DNA of 64,000 nucleotides from the NCBI GenBank assembly GCA_951406725.2, contig OX597815.1, positions 1,178,001-1,242,000 on the forward strand. The letters are read 5' to 3'. Numbering within the stretch: position 1 is the stretch's first letter; the number at the start of each line of letters is the position of its first letter. The notes below the pieces were generated by a model. The model saw only the letters and a program-made list of their open reading frames with translations, was not told the DNA's origin and did not search any database. Shown piece after piece: positions 12,759-25,651 of this stretch. Source of the DNA: Octopus vulgaris (taxonomy: Eukaryota). Position numbers and translations under genes: made by a program.

Positions 12759-13259
12759 TTAAACTCAGAACGTAAACAAATACCACAAGGTATACTGTCA
12801 ATTACTTGAACAAACTTTGGCAACTCTTTGACCAAATTGTTTCTGTTTAAAAGACACAATTCTTAGACCAAACAAACATGACTCACAGATTTATCTCCAG
12901 AGTCTTTGACAAATTCTAAGAGTCACCCAACCTGGTTTCATATTCTTGGTAAAGTTTTTGATTTTATTCTTGGCTGGAAAATTAAAAAACCTAACAAAAC
13001 CAATAAATCTCATCATCCAACGATAATTAAATAAAATGTTCCGTTGACAAGAATCGGTTGCATTTCTTATCATTGGGTTTCAACACCCAGAATTATCTCT
13101 GTTTGAAATAAACCATTATCTGGTGAGCTGGTGGCATCCGTTTGGCACAAAACGTCGAACCAAAGATAAGAGGGAGATGCTTTTAGCAACATTAAAAGAA
13201 ATTCTTAGATTTTTTTGAAACCAAAAAACATATTTTTATCTTATCTCTTTGGGTTCTAA

Positions 13260-13281
13260 CACCACCACCACCACCACCACC

Positions 13282-13360
<79 letters not shown>

Positions 13361-13441
13361 TCATCATCGTCATCATCATCATCATCATCATCATCATTCT
13401 TGTTATTACCACCACCACCACCATCATCTTCATCATCGTCG

Positions 13442-13493
<52 letters not shown>

Positions 13494-13515
13494 TCCACCA
13501 CCACCACCATCATCA
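13260..13515. repeat. Compound (ACC)/(ACT)/(ATC) microsatellite
   Basis: Direct reading. Confidence 0.95.
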
Positions 13516-13913
13516 TTGTCATTGCTGTTGATATCTTACCTTCCAGGTACGCTCGACTCTCACAGATTACTCGATTAAAAAGCCAAATATTATCTGATGG
13601 CAGGAGAGTTGTTTGTTGAAGAACTCGCTGCAGGATGCTGGGTGTGGAGGCGGGGATGGGGGGGGGGGTGGGGTGCTTCGGTTGTCAGGAGATACTTTCA
13701 CGACGAGGTCAATTAAGATTGCTTCTAAATTGGTCGTATAAAGCAGAGAAAAAATGAGATTGTGTGGCTTGCATGCGGTTCGTTAGTGCACTAGCACTCA
13801 ATGAGGGGGCTGGATGATTAGTGGTGGGTGGGGTGGGCAGGAAAGGAGTGTCTCTACGACCAAACACAGAAGCTACCAGCTTTATAGATTTCATTGTAAA
13901 ATTGGTGAAACAA

Positions 13914-14293
13914 GGCGCAGACATGGCTGTGTGGTAAGAAGTTTGCTTTCCAATCGCATGGTTCCAGGTTCAGTCCCACTGCGTGGCACCTTGTGTAAAT
14001 GTCTTTTGCTATAGCTTTGGGTCGACCAAAGCCTTGTGAATGGATTTGGTAGACGGAAACTGAAAGAAGCCTATTGTGTGTGTGTCTGTTTGTCCCCCAT
14101 CACAACTCGACAACCAGTATTGGAATGTTTAGATCACTATGACTTAGAGGTTTGGCAAAAGAGACTGATAGAATAAGTATCAGCTTTTAAAAAAAAATTA
14201 GTTCTGGGGTCAATTCATTCAACTAAAAGTTATTCAAGGTATTGCCCCAGCATGGCCACAGCTTAATGACTGAGATAAGGAAAAGTTAAAAGA
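13914..14293 (+). mobile_element. SINE family A
   Basis: GGCGCAGACATGGCTGTGTGGTAAG...GGTTCAGTCCC head and family tail. Confidence 0.85.
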
Positions 14294-14434
14294 TATTTCA
14301 TTGGAATTAGAGAAAAAGGTAGAAGTCTTCCTTCCTCAAGTCTGAAGACTTGAAGATAAAAGCACCAAAGACATCAAAATCCATCAAAAACGTCCGTTAA
14401 GGGCAAACTTATTTCTTCAGCAAATATTTATTCC

Positions 14435-15330
14435 AGGGGAATTACAATTGTGTTTCGTGGTCTGCTACCACAACAGCTCCTTTATGGGATCCAGTTAGCT
14501 CAAGACATCATCAGGAGGAACCACGTCCGGTTTTGGCCCCTACTCCTCTACCATTTTGATGTGACGCCCCCCCCTTTCGGAGGTGTCTTCAGCTCTGGTG
14601 TTGGGTGCATGTCTTCTTTCTTCTGTTCCCTGGCCTCTTCGATGTAACATCAACGAGTGTCAGCCGGCGACTGACTGTCTTGTCAAATTTTTTCCCTTTA
14701 AATACCTGCTGCTAGGCTCCAGCAGGCAGCCCCAGCAAGTTGTCACATGACACTGTCTCAACTCTAACTGACCAATGAAGGCGCGTCGTCTTAGCCCACG
14801 CATTCTTTAAATGACCGTCACCAGTCAGTTAGCGAAGCTAATTCAGTGTCAGCTTGTCTCACCTAGTGATGTTATTTCCAGCCGGCATGTTATGACTTTC
14901 AAGCCATTTTTGATTTTCCCGCTTCAGCCATATATAGTAGCTGGCTTTTTCGACCGCCTCCTAAACCATTGGAATTCATTTGGCAACTCAAACTTTGCCA
15001 CCAGAATAAATTTGTTTAATCCTAAACCGGTTTCTCTAATATTTGTTGACTGTTTTGTCCTTTTCTTTGTCTATATTTTTATATATCCAATTCTTTAATT
15101 TGTCTGTTGTTTGCATTACTACTTCCGGCCATAAATGACTAACAAGCCACCATTGTATCGTGAGGAGTGTCTTTCAGCAACTGGAATATTTTCCAGTTCC
15201 ATTGTTTAAACAGAAACATGGAAGAATGTGAGAAACGGTTTGTTTTGTCATTGCAACTTTTCTGAATGACAACATCAATGGATGCAAAAGAAATTCTGAT
15301 GGTCAAGCGAAATACTTTCTGCAATATATA
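14435..15330 (-). mobile_element. 3' end of a Penelope-like element (possible GIY-YIG C-terminus plus pseudo-LTR)
   Basis: Minus strand: WKIFQLLKDTPH (weak match to the PLE endonuclease end), then ATTGG, TATTTAAA, TCAGTC and CTGAAGA/CTGATGA...GAAAC motifs; terminal part repeated at 26835-26950 and 40225-40510. Confidence 0.45.
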
Positions 15331-15494
15331 TATATATATATATATATTGCAGAGATTTTTTGTTGAAACTACAGCAAAAAAAAAGGAGAAAGGAAACAAA
15401 CCAACAACGGAGGCTAACTTTAAAAAAAACCCCTCTTACATTCAAAATGTAAATATGGATTTTTAAATCCCATCTGACTTAAATATTTTAAGAC

Positions 15495-15656
15495 TTGGGC
15501 GTGGGTGTGTAGTAAGAAGTTTTCTTCCCAACCATACGGTTCTGGGTTCAGTCCCACAGCATGGCACCTTGAGCAAGTGGCTTCTATTATAACCTCGGGC
15601 TGACCAAAGCCTTGTAAGTGGATTTGGTAGACGGAAACTAAAAGAAGCCCGTCATA

Positions 15657-15726
<70 letters not shown>

Positions 15727-15930
15727 TGTCTGTCTGTCTTTGTTACCCACTGCCTCCTGTGTTGGTTTGTTTACATAACTTAACGGTTCGGAAAAATAGA
15801 ACGATAGAATAGCTATGAGGCTTCAGAAAAGACAAATAAGTCCTGGGGTCGATTCATCCAACTAGAAATTGTTCAAGGCGTTGCTCCAGCATGACCACAG
15901 TCTAAAGACTGAAACAAATAAACGATAAGA
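15495..15930 (+). mobile_element. SINE family A
   Basis: Family head, central (TG)n and tail. Confidence 0.85.
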
Positions 15931-16454
15931 AGTTTTTAATCCAACTGCCTTAAACTAATAAACCCAAACTTTTTAATCCGCCTCCCCCCCCACTACCGTG
16001 TCTTAAATCTATAAACTCTGTCTTATCTCCTGGATTATCTTGTTTATCTTCAAGACGTCATTTCATCTACTCCCCCACCCCCGCCACCCATCCACCCCAT
16101 CCACCCCCATTCACCCCATCCACCCTGTCTCTTGTATCTTCTCTACTTTTGCCTATCTTGAGATTCATCTTTTTATCATTATTTACGATCTCATCTCTGT
16201 TCTTTCTCTTTCTTTTTCTTTTCCCCCCATCTCTCTCCTAACACTGATAACGCCATCCTCCTCCTCCTGCTGACTACAAAAAAAGAAACACCTTCCCCTC
16301 CTCTTGTTTATTGACATATTTACCTCGTTACCTGTATCCACCCGCCTCTCTCTCTCTCTCTCTCTCTCTCTCATACTTCGTCACCCAGATTTCTCCAGAT
16401 TTTCCACCCTCTCCTAATACTACTTTCAACCTCCCCTCAATTCTTCTTGCACCT

Positions 16455-16738
16455 TTCTTCTTCTTCTTCTTCTTCTTCTTCTTCTTCTTCTTCTTCTTCT
16501 TCTTCTTCTTCTTCTTCTCCTCCTCCTCCTCCATATTCTTCTTCTTCTTCTTCTTCTTCTCCTCCTCCTCCTCCTCCTCCTCCATATTCTTCTTCTTCTT
16601 CTTCTTCTTCTTCTTCTTCTTCTTCTCCTCCTCCATCTTCTTCTTCTTCTTCAGTCAGGTGGAAATATGTAGCTGGAACAGTATGTTGGATGTATGAAGA
16701 ATCCGTGTAGGCATTAGAGAGAGAGAGAGAGAGAGAGA

Positions 16739-16786
<48 letters not shown>
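16455..16786. repeat. (TTC)/(CTC) polypyrimidine tract followed by a (GA)n tract
   Basis: Three tandem (TTC)n(CTC)nCAT units, then GA repeats at 16716-16786. Confidence 0.9.
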
Positions 16787-16790
<4 letters not shown>

Positions 16791-17043
16791 CAGAGGTGTA
16801 AAAAACCTTTTCTGACCCCGTCAGATGTTTTGAGCTGCTTCCTATATATCGATCCCACCTAATGAATGATCGTGGATATGATTGATTAAAGCTGGCTGTT
16901 CAGACTAAGTAAACCGGTTTCTTGTCAAATTTTCCCACCAAAGCCGGTTGTTCAGGTCCCACGTTCATGACCTTCCGAACAACTGAGACAAAATATCGAA
17001 ACAGGGATTAGGTTAACGGAAGCTTAACGAGTCATTCGAGAGA

Positions 17044-17116
17044 ATGAAGTCCGTGCACTCGACCGAAAGTGAAGGCGCAGAAGACATGGCGTCCGTTCTC
17101 AGTCGGATCAACAGAT
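17044..17116 (+). CDS. Candidate gene exon 1 (coding part), uncharacterised small protein
   Basis: ATG 17044 and in-frame GACATGG at 17086; MKSVHSTESEGAEDMASVLSRINR; donor AGAT|GTATGT, phase 1. Confidence 0.5.
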
Positions 17117-17438
17117 GTATGTGATGGCTAATCTTGGAAAAATATCTGATGTTTTTTAACAGTATTGCAATGATCTGCTCCGACTGTTGATAGCACCATG
17201 AGGAATTTGTTTGGTCAGCTTTAATTCTTTACAACTGAGGTAGTTTTTCTTTTTTTTTTTTTGAGATTTCTTGCAAAGGAAATGCCTTTTGCAGATGCCT
17301 GCCTCTGCTCGTTGTTGCTAGCCTAACATCCAAGCTCCGCTGATTGACTCCAGATAAGGCAAGTCTACCAGACTATATAGGGTACCTAATAGTTAAGTCT
17401 TACCGTTAATATAGTTTACCTTACAATAAGTCTACCAG

Positions 17439-17601
17439 ACTTTGCGGTTTGCAAGTTCTTCCAGCACCACCAGCTGCCGTCCAAGAATTTGGACCTGGAG
17501 ATTTCTATTTCCAGCGACTTCGAGGGCCACCTCCCAGTGGTGTCGGGCGTCAACGAAGAGCCCTCGACTACAACAAGACGACCAAAGTTTTTTTTTCCAA
17601 G
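17439..17601 (+). CDS. Candidate gene exon 2
   Basis: Acceptor CTACCAG|AC; (Y)FAVCKFFQHHQLPSKNLDLEISISSDFEGHLPVVSGVNEEPSTTTRRPKFFFP(R); G/C-rich third positions; donor AAG|GTACGG, phase 2. Confidence 0.6.
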
Positions 17602-18230
17602 GTACGGGGTCTCCCGCCCCTAAGCCCTAGACCATCACCTAATCACCCTTACCCATCTTGTTGTTTGACAACAACAGCACCACCAGCTCCACCTCCGTCT
17701 CCCTTGCGTGCCTTATTGGCTTTTGCGAATATAGGTTTGTATACTTGATCTGTTTGTTGTTTGTGGTGTTATTTTAGGGTTTCGTCTGTTGTGTACAATA
17801 AATGCCCTGTGTTTTTTTTTTGTCCAATGCTGTTTGTGTTTCGTATGTCTGTTGCTGTTGTAGTATTAGTGGTAGTAGTATTAGTAGTAGTTGTTGTCGG
17901 GCGACGCTAAATTGGTAGAATGGTCAGAGCGTTTGGCTAAATGCTTTGCGGTGTTGGATACGGCTCTTTGTTTTCTGAGTTCAAAAGCCTCCGAGGTCAA
18001 CTTATTTTTCATTCTTTCGGGATCGATGGAATAAGTAACAAGTTAAGCAGCGGGGTCGATAGAATCGAAAAACCAAGCCTCAACTCCCTTTAAAATTGCT
18101 GCCATTTGCCAAATTTTGAAATTATTATTATCATCGACAGGACATCCCTAGAATCGCTGGTGAGTTCTTTAATCTCGTTGTATGTTTAAGTTGTAGCGAA
18201 CTCGAGTGAACTTCCCCCCTCTATTAAATA

Positions 18231-18750
18231 TTACGTGGGAAAATGCGAGCATGAAAAGTCATATTCTTAAGATTATAAACCTGGAAAAGTACAGGACAAG
18301 TTATTACACCTGTAAAAGTATAGGACGAGCTATTACTTCAAGTAAAGTAAAGAATAAGAAACTTTTTACTTAAAATATTGCAGCAAAGAATGCCATTTCT
18401 TCTAATTTATTACTCTTTACAGTTCTCATCTTTAAAATTTTTTGTATAAAACTGTTCAGCTAATTTGTAAGTTTGTCTAATTAGTCACTTTTTTCTGTAT
18501 TTAAGGTAGCAAATTAGCCAAATTCTACTTAAATAAGTATAGTGTTATTTGTAAACTATTATAAAATAAGTTTTAATATTCAAATTTTAATTTTAGCTGC
18601 AATATTTTAAGTAAAAAGTTTATTCTTTACTTTACTAGAAGTAATAGTTTATCCTATACTTTTTTTTACAGGTGTAATAACTTATCGTGTACTTTTCCAG
18701 GTTTATAATCTTAAGAATATTACTTTTCATGCTCGCATTTTTCCATGTAA
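18231..18750. mobile_element. MITE / foldback element with ~150 bp inverted arms
   Basis: 18231-18384 is the reverse complement of 18596-18750 with few mismatches; TA at both ends. Confidence 0.85.
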
Positions 18751-19679
18751 TTCATGATTTTTCCAGACACTGCTGTTATAAGATAATTAATAATGTGTCA
18801 ATTAATAATTTAAGATTTTACCTTATAAAATACTGAAAGATAATATTTCAATTTTTCCATGTAAGTCATGATAATATTTCAATTTTTTTCATGTTTAATT
18901 GAAATATATGTTGTGATTGAATTATTTGATATTACCCATCCATACCAAATTAATGGCAGGGATTTTTACCATGTTGTTGGTTGTACCATGGCTCACCAAA
19001 AGTTACAAACAAGACCCCAAAACCATCAGTTACCAGACTCACCTTAAGTAACCTAATTTCGCAACATTAGGAGGTCACAGGAATTCATTCAATGAACAAA
19101 ATTTCCAATGATTCTGGGAGTGAGGGAGTCCCCCCTCCTTTTTTCCAAACAAAAATAAGGGATTTGCAGCATATTAGGAGGTCAGGGTACTTGATTCCAC
19201 GCAAAAAAATCCATTTTTTTTTCTTAGTGAAAATCGTGCGGGTGTAAATATAGAAATTTACCATAATTTTGTTATTTAGCCTCAAATCAACCCTGACATT
19301 GCAAGCCTATCATCAAAGACATTCCAGCCTTCAGCAAACTGGTTTTTAAGAATAATCTAGGACATTACATACAATGGGCGTGTTATTTAGGTAGGGGAAT
19401 ACTTTGGCTGCAATTTTTAGCGTGTCAAGCGACCAGATAGAGGCTCTTTCATTGGTTCGATTGCTTGATGAGACTTTTTTTTACACATATATGTATAATA
19501 TGCATATATATCATCGGCAGAAGTTAGAGAGTAAGTCAAAAGCTGAGAGTTTCGTGCATTGGCATTTATCAAACACGAATTTATCCATTGTCACTCTGTA
19601 ACTTCTGACGAAATAACTTCTAGAATACAAAATTTTGTCCAAAACATTCTACCAGTATCGGAAGTTTAATATAATATAA

Positions 19680-20125
19680 TGAAATTATTGTATCAGTGCT
19701 CAGGTGCACCACAACTTGTCAAAAAGTGCATATAAAGTATATGCAGTAATGTACAAATGTCTGAAAAGCGAACAGTGTTTGAGTCAGATACATGCTTGTG
19801 TGTGTATGGAGGGGAGAAAATCAGGTGTAGTGTTGGCGAATCTCAGGAAGCATGGAAGTTTTGAAGGATGCAGTGCTCCGACAACTAACAACTGATGCCG
19901 GCAGTTTGTTCCATGCTTCAGCAACTCTCAGCGTGAAAAAATGTTTCCTAAAGTCATGGGAGCTGTGCTGTTTTCTGACTTTGTAAACATGTCCACGGGT
20001 GTTAGACAGGTGGAGTTTGAAAAGGTGCTCAGAGTTATTGTTTGTAAGATGGTTAATAATTTTATGGGTGTCTGCCAAGTCAGCTGCCAGACGTCGGAGT
20101 TTCAATGTATCCATGCCCAGGGAAG
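19680..20125 (-). mobile_element. 5'-truncated CR1/L2-type LINE 3' end
   Basis: TLKLRRLAADL...TRGHVYKVRK...RKHFFTLRVAEAWNKLP..VV...FK followed by 3' UTR and (ATTAT)n tail. Confidence 0.9.
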
Positions 20126-20462
20126 TAAGGTTTGAAAGTGTTTAGTTAAAAAAATTAATTAAATAATCTATACGTCTAATTGAATAGATTCGAAATGGAT
20201 GAAAGGCAAAGTCGACCTTGGCGGAATTTGAACTTAGAACGCAAAGACAGACGAAATACCGCTTCTAAAATACAAAATTTTGTCCAAAACGTTAAGAGTA
20301 AACCTTGTTCGATGTGACATATTCTACCAGTATTTGTTGGTTTCAGACCTTCTAAGGTCTAAATACTGACCACATTGCACCGACCTCCATCTTCGTCGCC
20401 ACCACCATATCTCTCACGTCATCAACAATTGTTGTTGTTGGTGTTGCTGCTGTTGTTGTTAA

Positions 20463-20850
20463 GGCGACGAGCTGGCAGAATGGTTAGCACGCCGGACGAA
20501 ATACTTAGCCGTATATCGTCTGCCGTTACGTTCTGAGTTCAAATTCCGCCCAGGTCGACTTTGTCTTTCATCCTTTCGGGGTCGATAAATTATGCACTGG
20601 GGTCGATGTAATCGACTTAATCCGCCTGTCTGTCCTTGTATGCCCCTCTGTGTTTAGCCCCTCGTGGGCAGTAAAGAAATAGGTATTTCGTCTGCCGCTA
20701 CGTTCTGAGTTCAAGTACCACCAAAGTCGATCTTGCCTTTCATCCTTTCGGGGTCGATTAAGTAAGTACTAATTATGCACTAGAGTCGATGTTATCGACT
20801 TAACCCTTTCCCTCAAATCTGAGGCCTTGTGCTTCCAGTAGAAATCATTA
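20463..20850 (+). mobile_element. tRNA-derived SINE family B with tandem partial duplication, followed by (ATT)n to 21037
   Basis: GGCGACGAGCTGGCAGAATGGTTAGCAC...GAGTTCAAATTCC; body repeated from 20682. Confidence 0.85.
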
Positions 20851-20855
20851 TCATA

Positions 20856-21038
<183 letters not shown>

Positions 21039-21414
21039 TTGCTGTCGTTACCATTGTTATTTTTGTTGTTATTAATAGTGAAGTGCTCTCCACCAGCGAT
21101 CATGTAATTGTTGCCGGTTAGAGAAAGGCGGGTTTCTGTCAGGTTTGTGCAGAGAGGTCGGATGACGTAAGCCGGGTTAACAAGATTTCTACATTAAAGA
21201 CACAAGCGGAAAAAGACAATTATTTACTATTCACTGATGTTATTTTTAACGTTTAAATAAATGAGGTCTGTGCGTGTGTGTGAATGTTTTTTTTTATGAA
21301 TTGCGCAACAGTCAACATTAATTACAGAAGTATTTCAAATGTATATTCAACGGTTATGGACCATGTGGTTCGTAAGCAAGCTACTTACCACACAGCCATT
21401 CCTACGCCCATTGT

Positions 21415-21630
21415 ATATTCTTTTACTCTTTACTCTTGTTTCAGTCATTTGACTGTGGCCATGCTGGAGCACCGCCTTTAGTCGAGCAAATCAACCCCAG
21501 GACTTATTCTTTGTAATCCTAGTACTTATTTTATGGACAATTTTGCCGACCCGCTAAGTTACAGGACATAAACACACCAGCATCGGTTGTCAAACGATGT
21601 TGGGGGGAGGAGACAAACTACAGACACGCA

Positions 21631-21681
<51 letters not shown>

Positions 21682-21830
21682 GACGGGCTTCTTTCAGTTT
21701 CCGTCTACCGAATCCACTCACAAGGCTTTGGTCGGCCCGAAGACACTCGCCAGGGTCCCACGTAGTGGGACTGAACCCGGAACCATGTGGTTGGTAAGCA
21801 AGCTACTTACCACACAGCCACTCCTGCGCC
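21415..21830 (-). mobile_element. SINE family A
   Basis: Reverse complement of the family sequence. Confidence 0.85.
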
Positions 21831-22084
21831 TATATTTCTACTGATTAAAATTTTCTTGTCGAATTAAGTTTACGGACGCCATGTTGGCTGTTGAAGTTTC
21901 TCACCTCACCCCCTTCAACTCTAAACACACACGGGTCTGTCTAATTACATCATATCTTGGTTCCGTGATTATTTCTCATTTTCAATGACCATCGGCGTAG
22001 AAATAAACACTGCCTCGGAACACACGCATGCTCACACACACACGCACACACACACACACGCACACACACACACGCACGCGCACA

Positions 22085-22116
<32 letters not shown>

Positions 22117-22421
22117 GACCAAAGATTGCTTCCACTATCTCCATCAGCATCACTATCACCACCATGATCACCACTATCAATATCAGCATCGCCGCCACCA
22201 CAATTCCCACCACCATCACCACGCCACTACCTCACCATCACCACCACCACCACCACCACCACCAATACCACCACCATTTGCACAACAAACTCTATTCACT
22301 AAAGGCCTTCTAATATAGTTTCAAGTTAGTAAATCTAAATATGGCCACAAAGTTAGTATTGTGTAGAGGCGAACAGGAAACTCTTTGAAGGTCAGAGAGA
22401 GAGAGAGAAAGAAAGAGAGTA

Positions 22422-22464
<43 letters not shown>

Positions 22465-22618
22465 TTGTGTCTGAAATGAGCGATGAAGTGAATAACAACG
22501 GTTGGAGGTACCATGGACGTATTACAGTTATTACTTTGTATCTGGGGACAGGATACGCAATTACATGGCTCGCTTCACAAACATGTCTACAATATAGATG
22601 GATATCTACCTCGCCTGA

Positions 22619-23282
22619 ATAGGGCTCGGCGAATAAACTGTCGTCTAAATTACACAAAAATGAAAATAACACTCACATCTCATTTTAACAGATATATTTA
22701 CCAAAATTACATAAAAATATCTTGAAATACTCAAGAGAAAATGTATTCAATAAAATCGCCATTGGCTTTAACCATGGCCTCCAGAATACTTTGGAATCTG
22801 CTGCAACTCTTCTAAACGGTCTCGTGTAAGATGGTGATTGTTGCCATAATCCTTGCCTTCAGTTCATCTTTGGTGTTACAAGGAGTTTTGTTGGTCTCTC
22901 GCTCAACTGAGCCCCACACATAATAATCGAGGGGTTGCAGTCGGGGGAGTCAGGCGGCCAGATGTTAGGGGTCAGATGTGGTCGCAGAAATTGTCTGACA
23001 GCCATGACGAACATTTCAGAGTGTTTGGGTGTCAGTCTGAGGATAGAGCAATCTGAGGACATGTACCGAGAGTGATAAAAAGGGGTGGCTGCTAGGGAGA
23101 CCCTATCTCTAGCAACAGGACTCTGCACCATGCCACACAATCAGGAGAACCCAGTCATGTCTGTCAGACAATTTTTGTGACCACATCACCCTTAACATCT
23201 GGCCACCTAACTCCCCAGACTGCAACCCCTTGATTATTATGTGTGGGGCTCAGTTGAGCGAGAGACCAACAGAACTCCTTGA
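22619..23282. mobile_element. Two inverted Tc1/mariner (DD37D/maT-like) transposase C-terminal fragments
   Basis: Plus 23070-23282: QQDSAPCH...IWPPNSPDCNPLDYYVWG; minus 22750-23010: IWPPDSPDCNP running out to a TIR-like end near 22619. Confidence 0.85.
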
Positions 23283-23486
23283 TGGAGGCTGGAACGTTGA
23301 GTCAACAACAAACAAAGGTAAATAATCTAAATAATAGCGATATAATAAACAGCCATTTCAACCAACAAACAATTGATAATATTTTTCTTCCTCTCATTCA
23401 GATGCAAACTTATTATTCTTACAACTTCTTAGGAGAAGAAAGGGGTTGGAGATTTGGGTGTTACTGTCGATATTCGCTTACACACA

Positions 23487-23525
<39 letters not shown>

Positions 23526-23779
23526 AAACACACGCACACATGTACACATGTAAAAAGCACGCTTACATAGATACACGCATATATAAACAGACCTTTTCCA
23601 TACAGGCATAAACACACACACACACACACATGCACTTTTATTCTGACCTGGAATGTTCTGGAAAACAGTTTACTTTAAACGAAGTTTGTCTTTGTTTTTA
23701 TTGTTTTATGTTTTCTAAGATATACTCGAGGGGGGTCACAATGTCCTGCTTGAAATCCTTTTTTCGTTTTCCTCTTCCT

Positions 23780-24200
23780 CACAGCAACGAAATCCCTAAA
23801 AAGGCTTGTCAGTCCGCCTCATGGCTAGATACGTTGGAACAGCCATTCTGACTCAAAAGTCGCGCACTTTCGGATAACCATCTCGTCCCCAATAGCGGTG
23901 AGTAGGGATGTGGTCCGGGGGCCGAGAACACCCGAGGTCTCCACTGCCACAGAATCGAACACAAACCTGCCCGAGAGCGACTGATAGTTTGACAGTTTGC
24001 CCTTCCCGACCTGACGGGCAGCGGAGCCTGGGCTGGTAGCTGAACACACCACGTTGCCGCTGGAGAACGTGCCACAGCATGTGACATTCCACATGAGGGG
24101 CCCACCACCACGGAACGGAAAAATTGTCATACCGTCAGGCCTTTTACCGTCCCCTCAGTCCTGTCCCGCTAGCCTCGAGCTGGGATAGGAAGCCTGTGTC
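23780..24200 (-). mobile_element. CRE-clade non-LTR retrotransposon, restriction-like endonuclease fragment
   Basis: DGKRPDGMTIFPF...WNVTC...K..Y..L...F..VAVETSGVLGP...WLFQRI. Confidence 0.85.
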
Positions 24201-24585
24201 GTCCAGGCCTTTTGTTGTTCTGCTATCCAGTTTGTAGGAAGTTCCTCTTCTGTTGACTGCTGGGAGGACTGACGAAGAGAAAAAGTGTAAGAGAAGAGTT
24301 TAAACAAGGAGAAAGTGTAAGACCTACGTTGTAATGCGATGGCAGACCATAAGTTCTTAGCGTACCCAGAGCGATTTATCGACCGTACAGATGTTGGAGG
24401 CGCGTGGTCAAGTGGTCTAGAGTGTTGGACTTACGACCCTAATGTCAGGGGTTTGTAGCGGTGACTCGAAACCTAACCGCAAGGTAACCGGTCAGACATC
24501 ACGACCGAACCACAATAGTTTCACGCGATCGGTTTATTGAGCAGCCAATCAGTGCGAAGCCGTCGCATGATTCAGTACTTTAGAA

Positions 24586-24836
24586 CAATGATTCTGAACT
24601 GGGGTCCATATGGGCCTTGAGGGTCTACATAGGATTTTCTTGTTAAAATTTATGTGCAATAAACTGGTTCTACTTTTTCAATGAACAGAATATTTTCACA
24701 ATTTTTTAATACAATTCCTAAAACTATTCAATTATAAAAATATAATAGATTTTTTAAAAACTTCGAATGACTATGAGCGTCCATTAGAGTAAAATGGGAA
24801 TCAGGAAAGTCCATAAGAAATAGTTGAGAAACACTG
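24586..24836. mobile_element. hAT (Charlie/Buster-type) MITE
   Basis: CAATGATTCTGAACT...AGTTGAGAAACACTG; TSD-like CTTTAGAA/TTCTAGAA with central TA. Confidence 0.75.
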
Positions 24837-24894
24837 TTCTAGAATCTTCTTGTACCTTATAAAAAGGTGCTTTTGCTGCTTACGCTCTTTGCAG

Positions 24895-24994
24895 AATGTC
24901 GAAGCAGCTGAGCGACATGTGGCACCATTCTTGCTATACAATGGTTCCAGACATTTATGCAGACAACTCCGGGTTCTGGGAGAGACTGAACTAA
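24895..24994 (+). CDS. Candidate gene exon 3 (last coding exon)
   Basis: Strong acceptor GCTCTTTGCAG|A; phase 2 gives (R)MSKQLSDMWHHSCYTMVPDIYADNSGFWERLN*; further donor CTC|GTAAGC at 25013/25014. Confidence 0.6.
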
Positions 24995-25421
24995 AACAGT
25001 CGCACAATGTCTCGTAAGCAACTTCTTCGAACGCGGTGCCGTGTTTTTCTCCCCCCCCCCCCAATTTGTAATTATTGCTGTTGCTAATTGTAAAAGGCCG
25101 ACGTGGTCAGTCTTTTATGTGCAACAATAAATTCTTCGGTTAAATGTTCGCCGGTGTTGTTCGGTTTACTTCTTCAATGCAGCCAAGAAGCATATTTCCA
25201 GTCATTAACTCAACCAGCAGCTTTAGTATATGACAGGTTCGATTCCTGGACAAAGTGACACGTTGCTCCAGTTTGGTAAGCTATTGCAGCTAGCTGTCTC
25301 TCCCTCCAACTATTATATTCAGGATGCTCCGCTGGGTCAAGGGTGGGAGGACCGATAGGGGGTTGGTCTACGTCTGCTTGAGGCTGTATTATAAAGATTA
25401 CAAAACAATTAGCAAGAACAT

Positions 25422-25586
25422 GGCGCAGGAGTGGCTGTGTGGTAAGTAGCTTATCTACCAACCACATGGTTCCGGGTTCAGTCCCACTGCGTGGTATCTT
25501 GGGCAAGTGTCTTCTACTATAGCCTCGGGCCAACCAAAGCCTTGTGAGTGGATTTGGTAGACGGAAACTGAAAGAAGCCCGTCGTA

Positions 25587-25651
<65 letters not shown>

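Noticed and set aside
17086-17460. GPCR DRY-like motif 'INRYFAVCK' in the candidate protein
   Set aside because: No transmembrane helices before or after it; probably coincidental
25422-25500. tRNA genes at SINE heads
   Set aside because: A/B boxes are present but followed by SINE bodies in many copies; no complete cloverleaf
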